From positions 561-64,560 of the forward strand of contig CAVHYW010000007.1 in NCBI GenBank assembly GCA_963640475.1: a DNA stretch of 64,000 nt, written 5' to 3'. Position 1 is the first letter of the stretch; every line of letters starts with the position of its first letter. This DNA comes from a bacterium (GTDB taxonomy: Bacteria; Bacillota; Clostridia; Oscillospirales; Oscillospiraceae). The notes beneath the pieces were generated by a model. That model did not search any database, had not been told where the DNA came from, and saw only the letters and a list, made by a program, of their open reading frames with translations. Shown piece after piece: positions 28,754-39,828 of this stretch. The position numbers and the translations under genes were made by a program.

Positions 28754-30850
28754 ATGCGTGCTGCAAAAGCGATCGTCAAAAACCGCGTGCTGATTCTGGT
28801 TCTGGCGCTGGCGCTGATGATCCCCTCGGTGTTCGGCATGCTGAACACCCGCATCAATTACGATATGCTCAACTACCTGCCTGACGATATGGACACCGTC
28901 ATCGGACAGAACACCCTGAAGGACGACTTCGGCAAGGGCGCCTTCTCCTTCATCATCGTGGAGGATATGCCCGCCAGAGACGTAGCCGCCCTGAAGGAGA
29001 AGATCGAGGCCGTGGACCATGTGGACACCGTGCTGTGGTACGACTCGCTGGCCGACCTGTCGGTGCCCATGGAGATGCTGCCCGACAAGCTCTATGACGC
29101 CTTCAACAGTGGAAACGCCACCATGATGGCGGTGTTCTTCGACTCGGCCACCAGCGAGGATGTGACCATGGATGCCATCCGGGACATCCGCGCCATCGCC
29201 GGAAAGCAGTGCTTCGTCTCCGGCATGTCGGCGCTGGTCACCGACCTGAAGGACCTGTGCGAGCAGGAGGAACCCATCTATGTGGCGCTGGCGGTGGCCT
29301 GTGCCTGCGCCGCCATGATGCTGCTGCTGGATGGCTGGCTGGTGCCCTTCGTATTTCTGGCCAGCATCGGCATGTGCATCGTGTTCAATCTGGGCAGCAA
29401 CTACTTCTTCGGTGAGATCTCCTACATCACCAAGGCCCTGTCCGCCGTGCTGCAATTGGCCGTCACCATGGACTACTCCATCTTCCTGTGGCACAGCTAC
29501 AATGAGCAGCTCCAGCGCACCACTGACCATAACGAGGCCATGGCCGTGGCCATCCACGAGACCTTCGCCTCGGTCATCGGCAGCTCCGTCACCACCATTG
29601 CGGGCTTCATCGCCCTGTGCTTCATGAGCTTCACACTGGGCCGCGATCTGGGTATCGTGATGGCCAAGGGCGTGCTGCTGGGCGTCATCGGCTGCGTCAC
29701 CATTCTGCCCAGTATGATCTTGCTGCTGGATAAGCCCCTGCAAAAGACCCGCCACAAGTCCCTGATCCCCGACATGAGCGGCTTTGCCAAGGGCGTGTGC
29801 AAGCACTTCCCCGTGTTCCTCATCATCTTCGCCCTGCTGATCGCCCCGGCCTACTACGGCTATGACAAGACCAACGACGAGGTCTATTACGACATGGGCC
29901 AGTGCCTGCCGGAGGACATCGACTATGTGATCGCCAACTCCAAGCTGGCGGAGGACTTCGACATTTCCTCCACCCATATGCTGCTGGTGGACGCTGATCT
30001 CCCCACACGGGATGTGCGGGACATGATCGATGAAATGGAACAGGTGGACGGCGTGAAATACGTTCTCAGCCTTGAGAGTGTTGTCGGCCCAATGGTGCCG
30101 GAGGACATCCTGCCGGACTCCGTCCGCTCCCTACTGAATGACGGCCAGTGGGAGCTGATGCTCATCAACTCGGAGTACAAGGTAGCCAGCAACGCCGTCA
30201 GTGACCAGCTGGACAGTCTGAATGCCATATTGAAGAAATATGACGACACCGGTATGCTGATCGGCGAAGCGCCCTGCATGAAGGATATGATCGACACCAC
30301 CGATCACGACTTTCAGGTGGTCAACGCCGTGTCCATTATCGCTATTTTCGTCATCATCGCCCTGGTGGAAAAGAGCCTGTCACTCCCCTTCGTGCTGATC
30401 GCCGTCATCGAGCTGGCGGTGTTCATCAATCTGGGCCTGCCCCACTACTTCGGCCAGTCCCTGCCCTTCATCGCACCCATCTGCATCAGCACCATCCAGC
30501 TGGGCGCCACGGTGGACTACGCCATTCTGATGACCACCCGCTACAAGGCGGAGCGTCTGAACGGCAATGACCGGAAGGCCGCCGTGTACACCGCCCTGCG
30601 GACCTCCGCACCGTCTGTCATCGTCAGCGGTCTGGGCCTGTTCGCCGCCACCTTCGGCGTGGCCGTGTACTCCAACATTGATATTGTCGGCTCCATGTGC
30701 ATGCTGATGGCCCGGGGCGCGATCATCAGCGTCGTGCTGGTACTGCTGGTGCTGCCCGCGCTGCTGATTTTGTGCGACGGCATCATCTGCAAGACCACAA
30801 AGGGCATGAGCCATCTTTCCCGCAACAAGAAACAGGAGGTAATCTTATGA
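28754..30850 (+). CDS. MMPL/RND-family transporter
   Basis: Two repeats, with LAVTMDYSIFL and LGATVDYAIL TM4/TM10 motifs. Confidence 0.9.
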   Translation: MRAAKAIVKNRVLILVLALALMIPSVFGMLNTRINYDMLNYLPDDMDTVIGQNTLKDDFGKGAFSFIIVEDMPARDVAALKEKIEAVDHVDTVLWYDSLADLSVPMEMLPDKLYDAFNSGNATMMAVFFDSATSEDVTMDAIRDIRAIAGKQCFVSGMSALVTDLKDLCEQEEPIYVALAVACACAAMMLLLDGWLVPFVFLASIGMCIVFNLGSNYFFGEISYITKALSAVLQLAVTMDYSIFLWHSYNEQLQRTTDHNEAMAVAIHETFASVIGSSVTTIAGFIALCFMSFTLGRDLGIVMAKGVLLGVIGCVTILPSMILLLDKPLQKTRHKSLIPDMSGFAKGVCKHFPVFLIIFALLIAPAYYGYDKTNDEVYYDMGQCLPEDIDYVIANSKLAEDFDISSTHMLLVDADLPTRDVRDMIDEMEQVDGVKYVLSLESVVGPMVPEDILPDSVRSLLNDGQWELMLINSEYKVASNAVSDQLDSLNAILKKYDDTGMLIGEAPCMKDMIDTTDHDFQVVNAVSIIAIFVIIALVEKSLSLPFVLIAVIELAVFINLGLPHYFGQSLPFIAPICISTIQLGATVDYAILMTTRYKAERLNGNDRKAAVYTALRTSAPSVIVSGLGLFAATFGVAVYSNIDIVGSMCMLMARGAIISVVLVLLVLPALLILCDGIICKTTKGMSHLSRNKKQEVIL

Positions 30851-32793
30851 AAAAAGTACAAATCATTGCCACCGCGCTGGCGGTAACACTGGCCGGCAGC
30901 CTTACCGGCATCTCCGCCTTTGCCGCCAATAAGCAGGACACCGGCACCACGACCCCGGAGCCGGTGGCGGCCACGTCCACCGTGGAGAGCGCTTCCTCCG
31001 CAGCCGGAGAGACGGTATATATCATCGCCAACACCGACGGCAGCGCCAAAAAGGTCATCGTCAGCCAACAGTACGACAAGGACGACCCCAATGCCGCGCA
31101 GGAGGCCAGGGCCACTCTGACCGACGCCCAGAACGTGAAGGGCGACAACTGCTGGCAGGGCACCACCGACAAGGCGCTGCCCGTCACCACCGCCATCACC
31201 TACACACTGGACGGCAAGTCCGTCTCCGCCGAGGATCTGGCGGGCAAGAGTGGCCATGTGACCATCCGCTTTGACTATACCAACAACCAGTACGAGACCA
31301 AGACCATCAACGGCAAGTCTCAGAAGATCTATGTACCCTTCGCTGCACTGACCGGAGCGCTGCTGGACAGCGACCGCTTTACCAATGTGTCCGTCACCAA
31401 CGGCAAGCTGGTGGATGACGGCAACCGTACCGTCGTGGTAGGCATGGCCTTCCCCGGCTTGCAGGAAAGCCTTGCGCTGGACAGCGATAAGCTGGCCATC
31501 CCCTCTTATGTGGAGATCAGCGCCGACGTGACTGACTTCGCACTGGATACCACGCTGACCATCGTCACCAACTCCGTGTTCAATGACGTGGACAACGGCA
31601 AGCTGGACGAAAGCGCACTGAGCGATCTGTCCGGTGGCATCGGCAAGTTGACTGATGCCATGGCGCAGCTGATGAGCGGCTCCGGTGAGCTGTACGACGG
31701 ACTGAACACCCTGTTGAGCAACTCCTATCAGCTGTCCAGCGGTGTTGGCCAGCTGGCCAGCGGCCTCCAGACACTGGACAGCAACAGCGCTCAGCTGAAC
31801 GCCGGTGCCAAGACCGTGTTCAACACCCTGCTGGACACCGCCAATACCCAGCTTCAGGCCAACGAGAGCCTGAAAGAAGCCGGTATCACCGTTCCCACCC
31901 TGACCATCAGCAACTACGCCGACACGCTGAACGGCGTGATCGCCGCCCTTGACCCGGAAAGCGTCATCGCGCAGGCCGAACAGGTGGCCCGCGAAAAGGT
32001 CACCGCCGCCGTCCGCGCACAGGAGGACACCATCCGCGCCGCCGTCACGGAAGCGGTGCAGCAGCAGGTCACCGCTCAGGTAACGGAAGCCGTTACCGCT
32101 CAGGTACAGGCCAAGGTTCTCTCCGGCGTGCTGCAAGCCTCCGGTATGACGCAGGAGCAGTATGACGCCCTGCCTGCGGACAGCGAGATCAAGGCGAGTA
32201 TCGATGCCGCCGTGGCTGCCCAGATGCAGAGCGATGCCGTACAGCAGCAGATCAGCGCCGCCGTAACGGAGAATGTGGCCGCCCAGATGGGCTCCGAACA
32301 GGTCAAGGCCCTTATCGACCAGAACACCGAGCAGCAGATCACATTGCTGATCGAGCAGAACATGAACTCCGACGAGGTGAAGGCCCAGATCAACGCCGCG
32401 GCGGCACAGGCCAGCGCAGGCGCACAGCAGCTGTTGGCCCTGCGGCAGCAGCTGGACAGCTATAACACCTTCTACATGGGTCTGAAGGCATACACCTCCG
32501 GCGTGGCGGAAGCCAAGGCCGGAGCCGCCAAGATCAACAGCAGCATGCCTGCCCTGATCGACGGCGTACAGCAGCTGCGTGATGGCGCGGGCCAGTTGGC
32601 CGACGGCTTGAAGCAGCTGAATGAGGAGGGCATCCAGAAGCTGGCAGACGCCTTCGACGGCGATCTGGGGGAGCTGAGCGATCGGCTGCAAGCTGCCATC
32701 GACGTATCCCGTGACTATCAGGGCTTTACCATGAGCAGCGGCAGCGGCGTGAAGTTCATCTTCCGCACCGAGGCCATCGAAGCCGCCGAATAA
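30847..32793 (+). CDS. Secreted coiled-coil protein with X-X-X-Leu-X-X-Gly heptad repeats (YhgE/Pip-like partner of MMPL)
   Basis: Signal peptide, ETVY, LAGKSGHVTIRFDYTN, QLxxG heptads, VKFIFRT end; overlaps the MMPL stop. Confidence 0.8.
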   Translation: MKKVQIIATALAVTLAGSLTGISAFAANKQDTGTTTPEPVAATSTVESASSAAGETVYIIANTDGSAKKVIVSQQYDKDDPNAAQEARATLTDAQNVKGDNCWQGTTDKALPVTTAITYTLDGKSVSAEDLAGKSGHVTIRFDYTNNQYETKTINGKSQKIYVPFAALTGALLDSDRFTNVSVTNGKLVDDGNRTVVVGMAFPGLQESLALDSDKLAIPSYVEISADVTDFALDTTLTIVTNSVFNDVDNGKLDESALSDLSGGIGKLTDAMAQLMSGSGELYDGLNTLLSNSYQLSSGVGQLASGLQTLDSNSAQLNAGAKTVFNTLLDTANTQLQANESLKEAGITVPTLTISNYADTLNGVIAALDPESVIAQAEQVAREKVTAAVRAQEDTIRAAVTEAVQQQVTAQVTEAVTAQVQAKVLSGVLQASGMTQEQYDALPADSEIKASIDAAVAAQMQSDAVQQQISAAVTENVAAQMGSEQVKALIDQNTEQQITLLIEQNMNSDEVKAQINAAAAQASAGAQQLLALRQQLDSYNTFYMGLKAYTSGVAEAKAGAAKINSSMPALIDGVQQLRDGAGQLADGLKQLNEEGIQKLADAFDGDLGELSDRLQAAIDVSRDYQGFTMSSGSGVKFIFRTEAIEAAE

Positions 32794-32913
32794 ACCAACC
32801 ACGCAGATAGCAGAACAGCCGCCCGACTCATACCGGGCGGCTGCTTTTCAATGCGCAGACACAAAAAACAGGAGATGCGATGCATCTCCTGTTTTTATAT
32901 GCTTGTAAGAAAC

Positions 32914-33285
32914 TTACTTCAGCTCGACCTTGCCGCCGACTTCCTCGACCTGCTTCTTCAGAGCCTCGGCGTCCTCCTTGGACAGGGCTTCCTTCATGGT
33001 GGTGGGAGCGCCCTCGACGGCAGCCTTGGCCTCGGCCAGGCCCAGACCCATGACCTCGCGGATGACCTTGATGACCTTGATCTTCTGAGCGGCATCGAAA
33101 CCGGTCAGAACCACGTCGAACTCGGTCTTCTCCTCAGCAGCGGGAGCAGCAGCGCCAGCAGCGGGAGCGGCCATAGCGGCAGCGGAAACACCGAAAACTT
33201 CCTCCAGAGCGTGAACCAGCTCGCTGAGCTCCAGAACAGTCAGACCCTTGATCTCTTCGATCATAGCAGTAACTTTCTCAGACAT
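32914..33285 (-). CDS. rplL: 50S ribosomal protein L7/L12
   Basis: [39 protein letters not shown]. Confidence 0.98.
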   Translation of the reverse strand: MSEKVTAMIEEIKGLTVLELSELVHALEEVFGVSAAAMAAPAAGAAAPAAEEKTEFDVVLTGFDAAQKIKVIKVIREVMGLGLAEAKAAVEGAPTTMKEALSKEDAEALKKQVEEVGGKVELK

Positions 33286-33337
33286 TGTAATAGCCTCCTG
33301 TTGTTAGAATAATGTTTTGTGTAAAATAGGGGGATGC

Positions 33338-33874
33338 TTACTCGGCAGCGGCTTCTTCAGCAGCAGCCTCGGCGGGCGCACCCTGCTTCTCGGCGATCTG
33401 TTTGATAACGCAGGCCAGAGCAGAGATGGGAGCCAGCATGGTACCCAGCACCTGAGCCTGCAGGACAGGCAGTGCGGGGATGGAAGCCAGAGCATTGACG
33501 GTGTCCATGGAAACGACCTTGCCTTCCATGAAGCCGCCCTTGATCTCGAACTTGCCGTTGAGCTTCTTTGCGAATTCAGCAATGACGCGGGCGGGAGCCA
33601 CGGGATCGCCGGCGCAGATGGCCAGAGACGTGGTGCCGTTGAGCTGATCGTCCAGCTCGTTCAGACCGCAGTTGTTGAATGCAAAGCGCAGCAGGGTGTT
33701 CTTGACGACGGTGTACTCGATGTCGTTTTCACGGCACTTGGCACGCAGCGCGGTATCCTCCGCCACGGTGATGCCCTTGTAATCCACAAGGACGCCGGCA
33801 GCCGCGTTCTGCACCTTATCGGTCAGAGCCGCCACGATCGCCTGCTTTTCAGACAGTACTTTTGCGTTGGGCAT
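33338..33874 (-). CDS. rplJ: 50S ribosomal protein L10
   Basis: VDYKGITV, VVKNTLL, IKGGFMEG. Confidence 0.97.
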   Translation of the reverse strand: MPNAKVLSEKQAIVAALTDKVQNAAAGVLVDYKGITVAEDTALRAKCRENDIEYTVVKNTLLRFAFNNCGLNELDDQLNGTTSLAICAGDPVAPARVIAEFAKKLNGKFEIKGGFMEGKVVSMDTVNALASIPALPVLQAQVLGTMLAPISALACVIKQIAEKQGAPAEAAAEEAAAE

Positions 33875-33944
33875 TCTTCTTGTTCACCTCCATGAGATTT
33901 TGCGGTACACCTCTGTGTACCATGGGAAACGAGGTGCGTTCTTA

Positions 33945-34053
33945 GAGAAAAAACCATCCCCATGCCGGAAAGACATGAGGATGGTGTCAGCAATCATGAA
34001 ATATTGCCATCCTCGGCAGGATTTACGGCTTGCGCCACCTGCTGTCTTTGGAA
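33945..34053 (-). ncRNA. L10 leader RNA with attenuator
   Basis: ccaaagacagcaggtggcgcaagccgtaaatcctgccgagg core, then terminator ccatcctcatg...catggggatggtttttt upstream of rplJ. Confidence 0.8.
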
Positions 34054-34063
34054 CGCATCTAGT

Positions 34064-34092
34064 ATTATATCCATTGCCGGACAGCTTGTCAA
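34064..34092 (-). promoter_or_regulatory. Consensus sigma-A promoter for rplJL
   Basis: TTGACA-N17-TATAAT on the minus strand. Confidence 0.85.
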
Positions 34093-34126
34093 GCAAAAGA
34101 TAACAGATTATGCAGCTTTTTGTGAC

Positions 34127-34819
34127 TTACAGCTGCTTGTTGGCGTTCATCTTCACGCCGGGGCCCATGGTGGAAGCGGCCACGCAGGACTTGATATACT
34201 GGCCCTTGGCAGCGGCGGGCTTGGCCTTGATGATGGCGCCGATGAGAGCGGAATAGTTCTCGAACAGCTTGTCAGCGCCGAAGGAGACCTTGCCGATGGG
34301 GCAGTGGATGATGTTGGTCTTGTCCAGACGATACTCGACCTTACCGGCCTTGACTTCCTTGACGGCCTTGGCCACATCGGGAGTGACGGTACCGGCCTTG
34401 GGGGAGGGCATCAGGCCCTTGGGGCCCAGGATCTTACCGAGGCGGCCCACAACGCCCATCATGTCGGGAGAAGCGACGACCACATCGAAATCGAACCAGT
34501 TTTCCTTCTGGATCTTCTCGACCATATCCATATCGCCAACGAAGTCGGCGCCGGCCTCACGGGCAGCGTCAGCCTTGTCGCCCTTGGCGAACACCAGAAC
34601 ACGGGCGGTCTTACCGGTGCCGTTGGGCAGCACGATGGCGCCGCGGACCTGCTGGTCAGCGTGACGGGAGTCGACACCCAGCTTGACGTGCAGCTCGACG
34701 GTCTCGTCGAACTTGGCGCTGGCGGTCTTGCAGATCAGCTCCAGACCCTCTTTGGGATCATACAGGGCGGCCTTGTCGATCTGCTTGGCGATCTCTTTAT
34801 ATTTCTTACCTCTAAACAT
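34127..34819 (-). CDS. rplA: 50S ribosomal protein L1
   Basis: [31 protein letters not shown]. Confidence 0.98.
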   Translation of the reverse strand: MFRGKKYKEIAKQIDKAALYDPKEGLELICKTASAKFDETVELHVKLGVDSRHADQQVRGAIVLPNGTGKTARVLVFAKGDKADAAREAGADFVGDMDMVEKIQKENWFDFDVVVASPDMMGVVGRLGKILGPKGLMPSPKAGTVTPDVAKAVKEVKAGKVEYRLDKTNIIHCPIGKVSFGADKLFENYSALIGAIIKAKPAAAKGQYIKSCVAASTMGPGVKMNANKQL

Positions 34820-34832
34820 CGTTACACCCTCC

Positions 34833-35258
34833 TTACTCGCCGACGACAACGCCCATGGAGCGGGCGGTACCGGCGATCATGCTCATAGCGGCTTCCAGAG
34901 AAGCAGCGTTCAGATCGCGCATCTTCATTTCGGCGATCTTCTGGATGGAAGCCTTGGAGATGGTGGCGACCTTTTCCTTGTTGGGCACGCCGGAACCGGA
35001 CTCGATGTTGCATTCCTTCTTGATGAGGACAGCAGCGGGGGGAGTCTTGGTGATGAAAGAGAAAGAACGGTCAGCATAGACGGTGATGACCACGGGGATG
35101 ATCAGACCCATGTCGTTCTTGGTGCGCTCGTTAAATTCCTTGGTAAAAGCGGCGATGTTGACGCCGTGCTGACCCAGAGCGGGGCCAACGGGGGGTGCGG
35201 GAGTTGCTTTGCCTGCAGGGATCTGCAGCTTCACATAACCAACGACTTTCTGTGCCAT
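34833..35258 (-). CDS. rplK: 50S ribosomal protein L11
   Basis: [28 protein letters not shown]. Confidence 0.98.
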   Translation of the reverse strand: MAQKVVGYVKLQIPAGKATPAPPVGPALGQHGVNIAAFTKEFNERTKNDMGLIIPVVITVYADRSFSFITKTPPAAVLIKKECNIESGSGVPNKEKVATISKASIQKIAEMKMRDLNAASLEAAMSMIAGTARSMGVVVGE

Positions 35259-35281
35259 TTTAAGGCACCTCCTTTAATAAA

Positions 35282-35351
35282 ATGTGGTAGCGGCTTACCC
35301 AGTGTAAGAACCGCTCTTGGCGAGACGCATATGTCTTGGCGTCTCTCCCAC
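35282..35351 (-). promoter_or_regulatory. Probable L1-binding leader of rplK-rplA
   Basis: GTGGGAG...ACCACAT bracket just upstream of the rplK RBS, as in Firmicutes rplK leaders. Confidence 0.55.
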
Positions 35352-35372
35352 TTGCGCGAATACTGCCGCGCG

Positions 35373-35897
35373 TCAGGACAGGACTTCCACCTGATCGAGC
35401 TCCAGCTCCACAGGCGTCTCTCTGCCGAACATGGATACCACCACCCGGACTTTGTTCTTCTCGGGCTCGATCTCCTCCACGATACCGGTAAAGCTGGCCA
35501 GCGGGCCGTCCGTGATCTTCACGGTCTCGCCCACGTTGTACTTCACCACGATCTCGTGCTTCTCCAGCGACATCTGGCGCACTTCCTCGTCTGTCAGGGG
35601 AATGGCCTTGTTGGCCTCGCCCACGAAGCCGGTAACGCCGCGGATGTTGCGGATGATATGCCACGTTTCATCGGTCAGCACCATCTTAATGAGCACATAA
35701 CCGGGGAACACCTTGCGTTCCACTTCCTTCATGACGCCCGATTCGGTCACTTCCGTCACGGTCTCCATGGGGATCTCCATGCGCAGGACCATGTCCTCGC
35801 AGTGGCGATTGGTCACGGACTTCTCGATGGCGGCCTTCACCGCGTTTTCGTAGCCGGAATAGGTATGGATCACATACCACTTCGCATTGTCAGCCAT
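35373..35897 (-). CDS. nusG: Transcription termination/antitermination factor NusG
   Basis: [27 protein letters not shown] motif, FGRETPVEL. Confidence 0.97.
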   Translation of the reverse strand: MADNAKWYVIHTYSGYENAVKAAIEKSVTNRHCEDMVLRMEIPMETVTEVTESGVMKEVERKVFPGYVLIKMVLTDETWHIIRNIRGVTGFVGEANKAIPLTDEEVRQMSLEKHEIVVKYNVGETVKITDGPLASFTGIVEEIEPEKNKVRVVVSMFGRETPVELELDQVEVLS

Positions 35898-35907
35898 AGC
35901 CCGCTCC

Positions 35908-36117
35908 TTACGCGAACAGACCGATCAAAGCTTTGACCGCCTGCAGGGCGACCGCATCGAAGATCCAGATGAACGCGCCGACGATCACGGAGCACAGCAG
36001 CACCGTGCCGGTGTTCTTGGCAGTCTCCTTGCCGGAGGGCCATACGACCTTCTTCAGTTCGCTTTTCATTTCGCGGAACCAGCGACCGCGATCCTTGACT
36101 TTCTTTTCTTCAGCCAT
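35908..36117 (-). CDS. secE: Preprotein translocase subunit SecE
   Basis: ELKKVVWP plus a single TM; lies between rpmG and nusG. Confidence 0.95.
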   Translation of the reverse strand: MAEEKKVKDRGRWFREMKSELKKVVWPSGKETAKNTGTVLLCSVIVGAFIWIFDAVALQAVKALIGLFA

Positions 36118-36135
36118 CGTAATTTCTCCTTCCGA

Positions 36136-36285
36136 TTACTTCGTCTCGGTATGGACGGTGTGCTTTCTGCAGAAGGGGCAATACTTGTTCAGCTCAAGCT
36201 TGTCAGGGGTATTCTTCTTGTTCTTCATCGTGTTGTAGTTTCTCTGCTTGCACTCGTTGCATCTGAGAGTGATTTTCACGCGCAT
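36136..36285 (-). CDS. rpmG: 50S ribosomal protein L33 (Zn-ribbon type)
   Basis: [17 protein letters not shown]...[16 protein letters not shown]. Confidence 0.97.
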   Translation of the reverse strand: MRVKITLRCNECKQRNYNTMKNKKNTPDKLELNKYCPFCRKHTVHTETK

Positions 36286-36422
36286 GTAACGGCACCTCCT
36301 TATTAGATTAGGTATTCCCTTGTGGGATACCCGTTTGCCTCCCTGATATCGCGGCCGCTCTTTCTCCGCGCCCAAAGCGAAAAAGCGCACAAAAAGAAAG
36401 CACCCACTCACAGGTATTGTCC

Positions 36423-36451
36423 ACTATAACACACTTTTCCGGCGAGGTCAA
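36423..36451 (-). promoter_or_regulatory. Sigma-A promoter of rpmG-secE-nusG
   Basis: TTGACC-N17-TATAGT on the minus strand. Confidence 0.65.
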
Positions 36452-36588
36452 CCTCTTTTTGCGGGATTTTTTCAGGAATTTTCGTGGTTTTTGTGTCTTT
36501 CGACACCCCTTCTCTTTTCCCTGTTGCGAAATCGCGGAAAACGCGGTATGATAGATGAAAATGATTCCCCCATCAGGAGGTTTTTCCT

Positions 36589-37014
36589 ATGAAGATCATG
36601 GCCATCGACTACGGCGACGCCCATACCGGCGTGGCCATTTCCGACGCCACTGCCACGCTGGCGGGGTACTCCACCGTCATCGACAGCCGCAAGGCTGACG
36701 TGGTGACGGCAGAGATCTGCCGTCTGGTGCAGGAGCACGGCGTGACGGAGCTGGTGCTGGGCTATCCCAAGAACATGAACGGCACCCTCGGCCCCCGTGC
36801 GGAGAAGTGCGCCGCCTATGCCGACACCCTGCGGGAGGCCACAGGGCTGAGCGTCACGCTGTGGGACGAGCGGCGCAGCACCGTGGAGGCCCACGCTATC
36901 CTATTTAATAATGGTAAAAACGGCAGGCAGAGGAAGAAAACCGTGGACGCGGTGGCGGCTTCGCTGATGCTGGAGGGCTATCTGACCTGGAAACGATTGG
37001 AGAAGCAGGCATGA
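36589..37014 (+). CDS. ruvX: YqgF/RuvX pre-16S rRNA nuclease
   Basis: MAIDYGDAHTGVAISD, WDERRST, VDAVAA. Confidence 0.93.
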   Translation: MKIMAIDYGDAHTGVAISDATATLAGYSTVIDSRKADVVTAEICRLVQEHGVTELVLGYPKNMNGTLGPRAEKCAAYADTLREATGLSVTLWDERRSTVEAHAILFNNGKNGRQRKKTVDAVAASLMLEGYLTWKRLEKQA

Positions 37015-38219
37015 GAGTACTGGTGATCGGCGGCGGAGCCGCCGGGATGATGGCGGCGCTGACGGCGGCGGAAAACGGCCACGCCGTGACGCTGCTGGAG
37101 CGGCAGGGCCGTGTGGGCCGCAAGCTGATGGCCACCGGCAACGGCCGGTGCAATCTCACCAACCACCACGTCTCCCCCTCCCACTATCATGGGGAGACGC
37201 CGGACTTCTGCCGCTATGCGCTGGAGGCCTTCGACGTGGGCAGCACGCTGCTGTACTTCGCCGGACTGGGGCTGCTCACCACGGCCGAGGACAGCGGGCG
37301 GGTGTATCCCTTCAGCAACATGGCCGGCAGCGTGCTGGACGTGCTGCGTTTTGCGCTGGAAGGCCACGGCGTCGACCTGCATACCGCCTGTCCGGTAACG
37401 GGCATCCGCAAAAAAGGCAATAGCTTCCTCATCCGCACTGAGAACGGTGAGGAATTTACCGCCGATAAGGTCATTCTGGCGGCGGGCGGCGCGGCAGGCG
37501 GCAAGGTGGGTGGCGTCATGGACGGCTATCAGCTGGCGAAAAGTCTGGGCCACCACCGCACGGCGCTGTACCCCTCGCTGGTGCAGATCAAGACCGACCC
37601 CACCTATCCCCGCGCCCTGAAGGGCGTGAAAGCGGAAGCCGCCGTGACCATTCGCCGGGGCGGTGAGGTACTTGCCCAGAACCGGGGCGAGGTGCTGTTC
37701 ACCGAGTACGGCGTCAGTGGCCCGGTGATCTTCGATATCTCCCGCGCTGCCGCCACAGGCGGCGACGGCCTGACGGTGACGCTGGATCTTCTGCCGGACT
37801 GGGAGCCGCGGGAGGTGCTGGACTGGCTGCGTCAGCGCCGTGACAGCGCAGGTGAACGGGAGGCGGGCACGCTGCTGACCGGCGCACTCCACAGCCGTCT
37901 CGGCCAGATGGTGTGCAAGGCGGCAGGCTTCACCAACCAGAGAGCGACCGACCTCAGCGACGGCGACCTGCGGCGGATCGCGGCGCAGGTGAAGAACTTC
38001 ACCCTGCCCATCACCGACGTGTGCGGCTTCGATCAGGCACAGGTGACGGCAGGCGGCCTGCGGTGCGACGAGTTCAATCCCCATACCATGGAGAGCCGCC
38101 TTGTACCGGGCTTCTACGCCTGCGGCGAGGTGCTGGACATCGACGGTGACTGCGGCGGGTACAACCTGCAATGGGCTTGGAGCAGTGGACGGGTGGCCGG
38201 ACAGGTCAAGACGCTTTGA
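37011..38219 (+). CDS. HI0933/YhiN/BaiN-family flavoprotein (paralog 2)
   Basis: IGGGAAG, TGNGRCNLTN, LFTEYGVSGP, GEVLDIDGDCGGYNLQWAW. Confidence 0.9.
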   Translation: MRVLVIGGGAAGMMAALTAAENGHAVTLLERQGRVGRKLMATGNGRCNLTNHHVSPSHYHGETPDFCRYALEAFDVGSTLLYFAGLGLLTTAEDSGRVYPFSNMAGSVLDVLRFALEGHGVDLHTACPVTGIRKKGNSFLIRTENGEEFTADKVILAAGGAAGGKVGGVMDGYQLAKSLGHHRTALYPSLVQIKTDPTYPRALKGVKAEAAVTIRRGGEVLAQNRGEVLFTEYGVSGPVIFDISRAAATGGDGLTVTLDLLPDWEPREVLDWLRQRRDSAGEREAGTLLTGALHSRLGQMVCKAAGFTNQRATDLSDGDLRRIAAQVKNFTLPITDVCGFDQAQVTAGGLRCDEFNPHTMESRLVPGFYACGEVLDIDGDCGGYNLQWAWSSGRVAGQVKTL

Positions 38220-38229
38220 TCGTATCATG

Positions 38230-38256
38230 CGGCGGGGTGTGGTCACCCCGCCCTAC
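38230..38256 (-). repeat. GTAG-type REP palindrome
   Basis: Reverse complement gtagggcggggtgaccacaccccgccg is identical to 61764-61790. Confidence 0.75.
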
Positions 38257-38311
38257 ATGTCAATGTTCTCCTCCCCCTTTCGTGATTTTACAAAAAATTC
38301 ACACTTGCCTA

Positions 38312-38339
38312 TTGACAATTTTGACAAAGATGGTAGAAT
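38312..38339 (+). promoter_or_regulatory. Sigma-A promoter of the metK leader
   Basis: TTGACA-N16-TAGAAT with an extended -10 TG. Confidence 0.65.
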
Positions 38340-38370
38340 GTAGCCTAGCTAATATCCCAGACAACTTCAT

Positions 38371-38463
38371 ACCTTATCAAGAGTGGCGGAGGGAACGGCC
38401 CAATGAAGCCACGGCAACCTGTTTTTCAAGGTGCCAAATCCGACGTTGAATCGAAAGATGAGG
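38371..38463 (+). ncRNA. SAM-I (S-box) riboswitch
   Basis: cttatcaagag..ggcggagggaacggcccaatgaagcc.cggcaacc...ggtgccaaatcc...aagatgagg; terminator at about 38481-38515; upstream of metK. Confidence 0.93.
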
Positions 38464-38551
38464 AAAGAGCAAGAAAGTTCAGCACTCTGTCGGTTCAGGC
38501 AGGGCGCTTTTTTTGTTGCACATTTCCGAGAATTGAAAGGAGATCAAAATT

Positions 38552-39736
<1,185 letters not shown>

Positions 39737-39752
39737 TTTTCCAAAATTTAGC

Positions 39753-39799
39753 AAGTTAGCAAAAAGCAACTTGCATTTGTCGGCTCCTTGTGCTATACT
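39753..39799 (+). promoter_or_regulatory. Promoter of the DtxR/MntR-like gene with an abutting palindrome
   Basis: AAGTTAG-N6-GCAACTT overlapping TTGCAT-N17-TATACT. Confidence 0.6.
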
Positions 39800-39828
39800 T
39801 TACTGCAATAAAAACTAGGAGTGATAAC

